Part shown: in pieces, positions 63,676 through 64,000 of the stretch
How the letters are laid out: the number at the start of each line of letters is the position of its first letter
Position numbering within the stretch: position 1 is the first letter of the stretch
Assembly: GCA_963755025.1 (NCBI GenBank)
Contig: CAVWIH010000020.1
Coordinates: 1 to 64,000 of the forward strand
Origin: an uncultured Actinomycetes bacterium
GTDB taxonomy: Bacteria; Actinomycetota; Thermoleophilia; UBA2241
Length of the DNA stretch: 64,000 nt
Direction of reading: 5' to 3'
Program-made: the position numbers and the translations under genes
The notes under the pieces: model-generated
The model's database searches: none
Told to the model about the DNA's origin: nothing
The model's input: only the letters and a program-made list of their open reading frames with translations

Positions 63676-64000
63676 ATGTACGAGCAACGGGCTGACAGAC
63701 CCGTAGAGCACGACCGCCCGTCGGGCTCGCCGACTCTTATGGACGCGGCCAACCTGCCTCGTTCGGGCATGGTGCCGAGCTGGATCACAAGGATCAGCTG
63801 GGGCAGCGTCTTCGCGGCCACGTTCGTAGTGGTGGCGCTTCAGTTCGCCCTCACCGCCCTGAGCATCTGGGGCAACTTCGGGTTCGGCAAGCTCACGAGC
63901 ATCGGCTCGGTCACCGGTTCGGCGACGACCATCGCCGTCTGGACGGGCATCTGGGCGGCTATCGCGCTGTTCATCGGCGGCCTTGTGGTCGCTGCGCTCT
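63676..64000 (+). CDS. Membrane protein with ISWGSVFA motif (3' truncated by window edge)
   Basis: GGAGG RBS, open frame MYEQRADRP...RISWGSVFAATFVVVALQ...WAAIALFIGG. Confidence 0.7.
   Translation, partial: MYEQRADRPVEHDRPSGSPTLMDAANLPRSGMVPSWITRISWGSVFAATFVVVALQFALTALSIWGNFGFGKLTSIGSVTGSATTIAVWTGIWAAIALFIGGLVVAAL

Overview
High-GC actinobacterial-type chromosomal window. Gene content and order suggest a Thermoleophilia-like lineage (inference, not a database result). Bases 1-21 kb hold the conserved block metG-tatD-rsmA-ispE-tRNA-Gln-glmU-prs-rplY-pth-[xpaC-like + large SPFH insert]-mfd-prsA-mazG-eno-ftsB-DUF501-ppx-tRNA-Leu. A mixed accessory and housekeeping region follows: TauE, MoxR/VWA, Imm5-like, SPFH, TfoX, CopA, PaaK, REC-MshEN-PilB ATPase, AccC, a lipid operon, DnaE2, a PASTA kinase, PadR, DUF6504, a DEDD/GIY-YIG nuclease and Hsp20-Lon. 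Many essential genes carry single-base frame breaks, so the assembly is probably indel-prone and these are not treated as pseudogenes. Best leads: (1) a complete -1 frameshift signal (A_AAA_AAA, 6-nt spacer with the stop, perfect 10-bp hairpin) joining a MoxR AAA+ ATPase to a VWA ORF with no good start; (2) a dispersed LexA-box mutagenesis module (dnaE2 plus stand-alone DUF6504, no imuA/imuB in the window) with near-identical promoter-operators; (3) an unannotated 6C-like sRNA; (4) an unannotated 25-aa Arg-rich ORF behind a SigB/SigF-type promoter; (5) an orphan REC-MshEN-PilB ATPase; (6) pth in frame behind the rplY UAG with no canonical start. No CRISPR array, transposase or integrase was seen.
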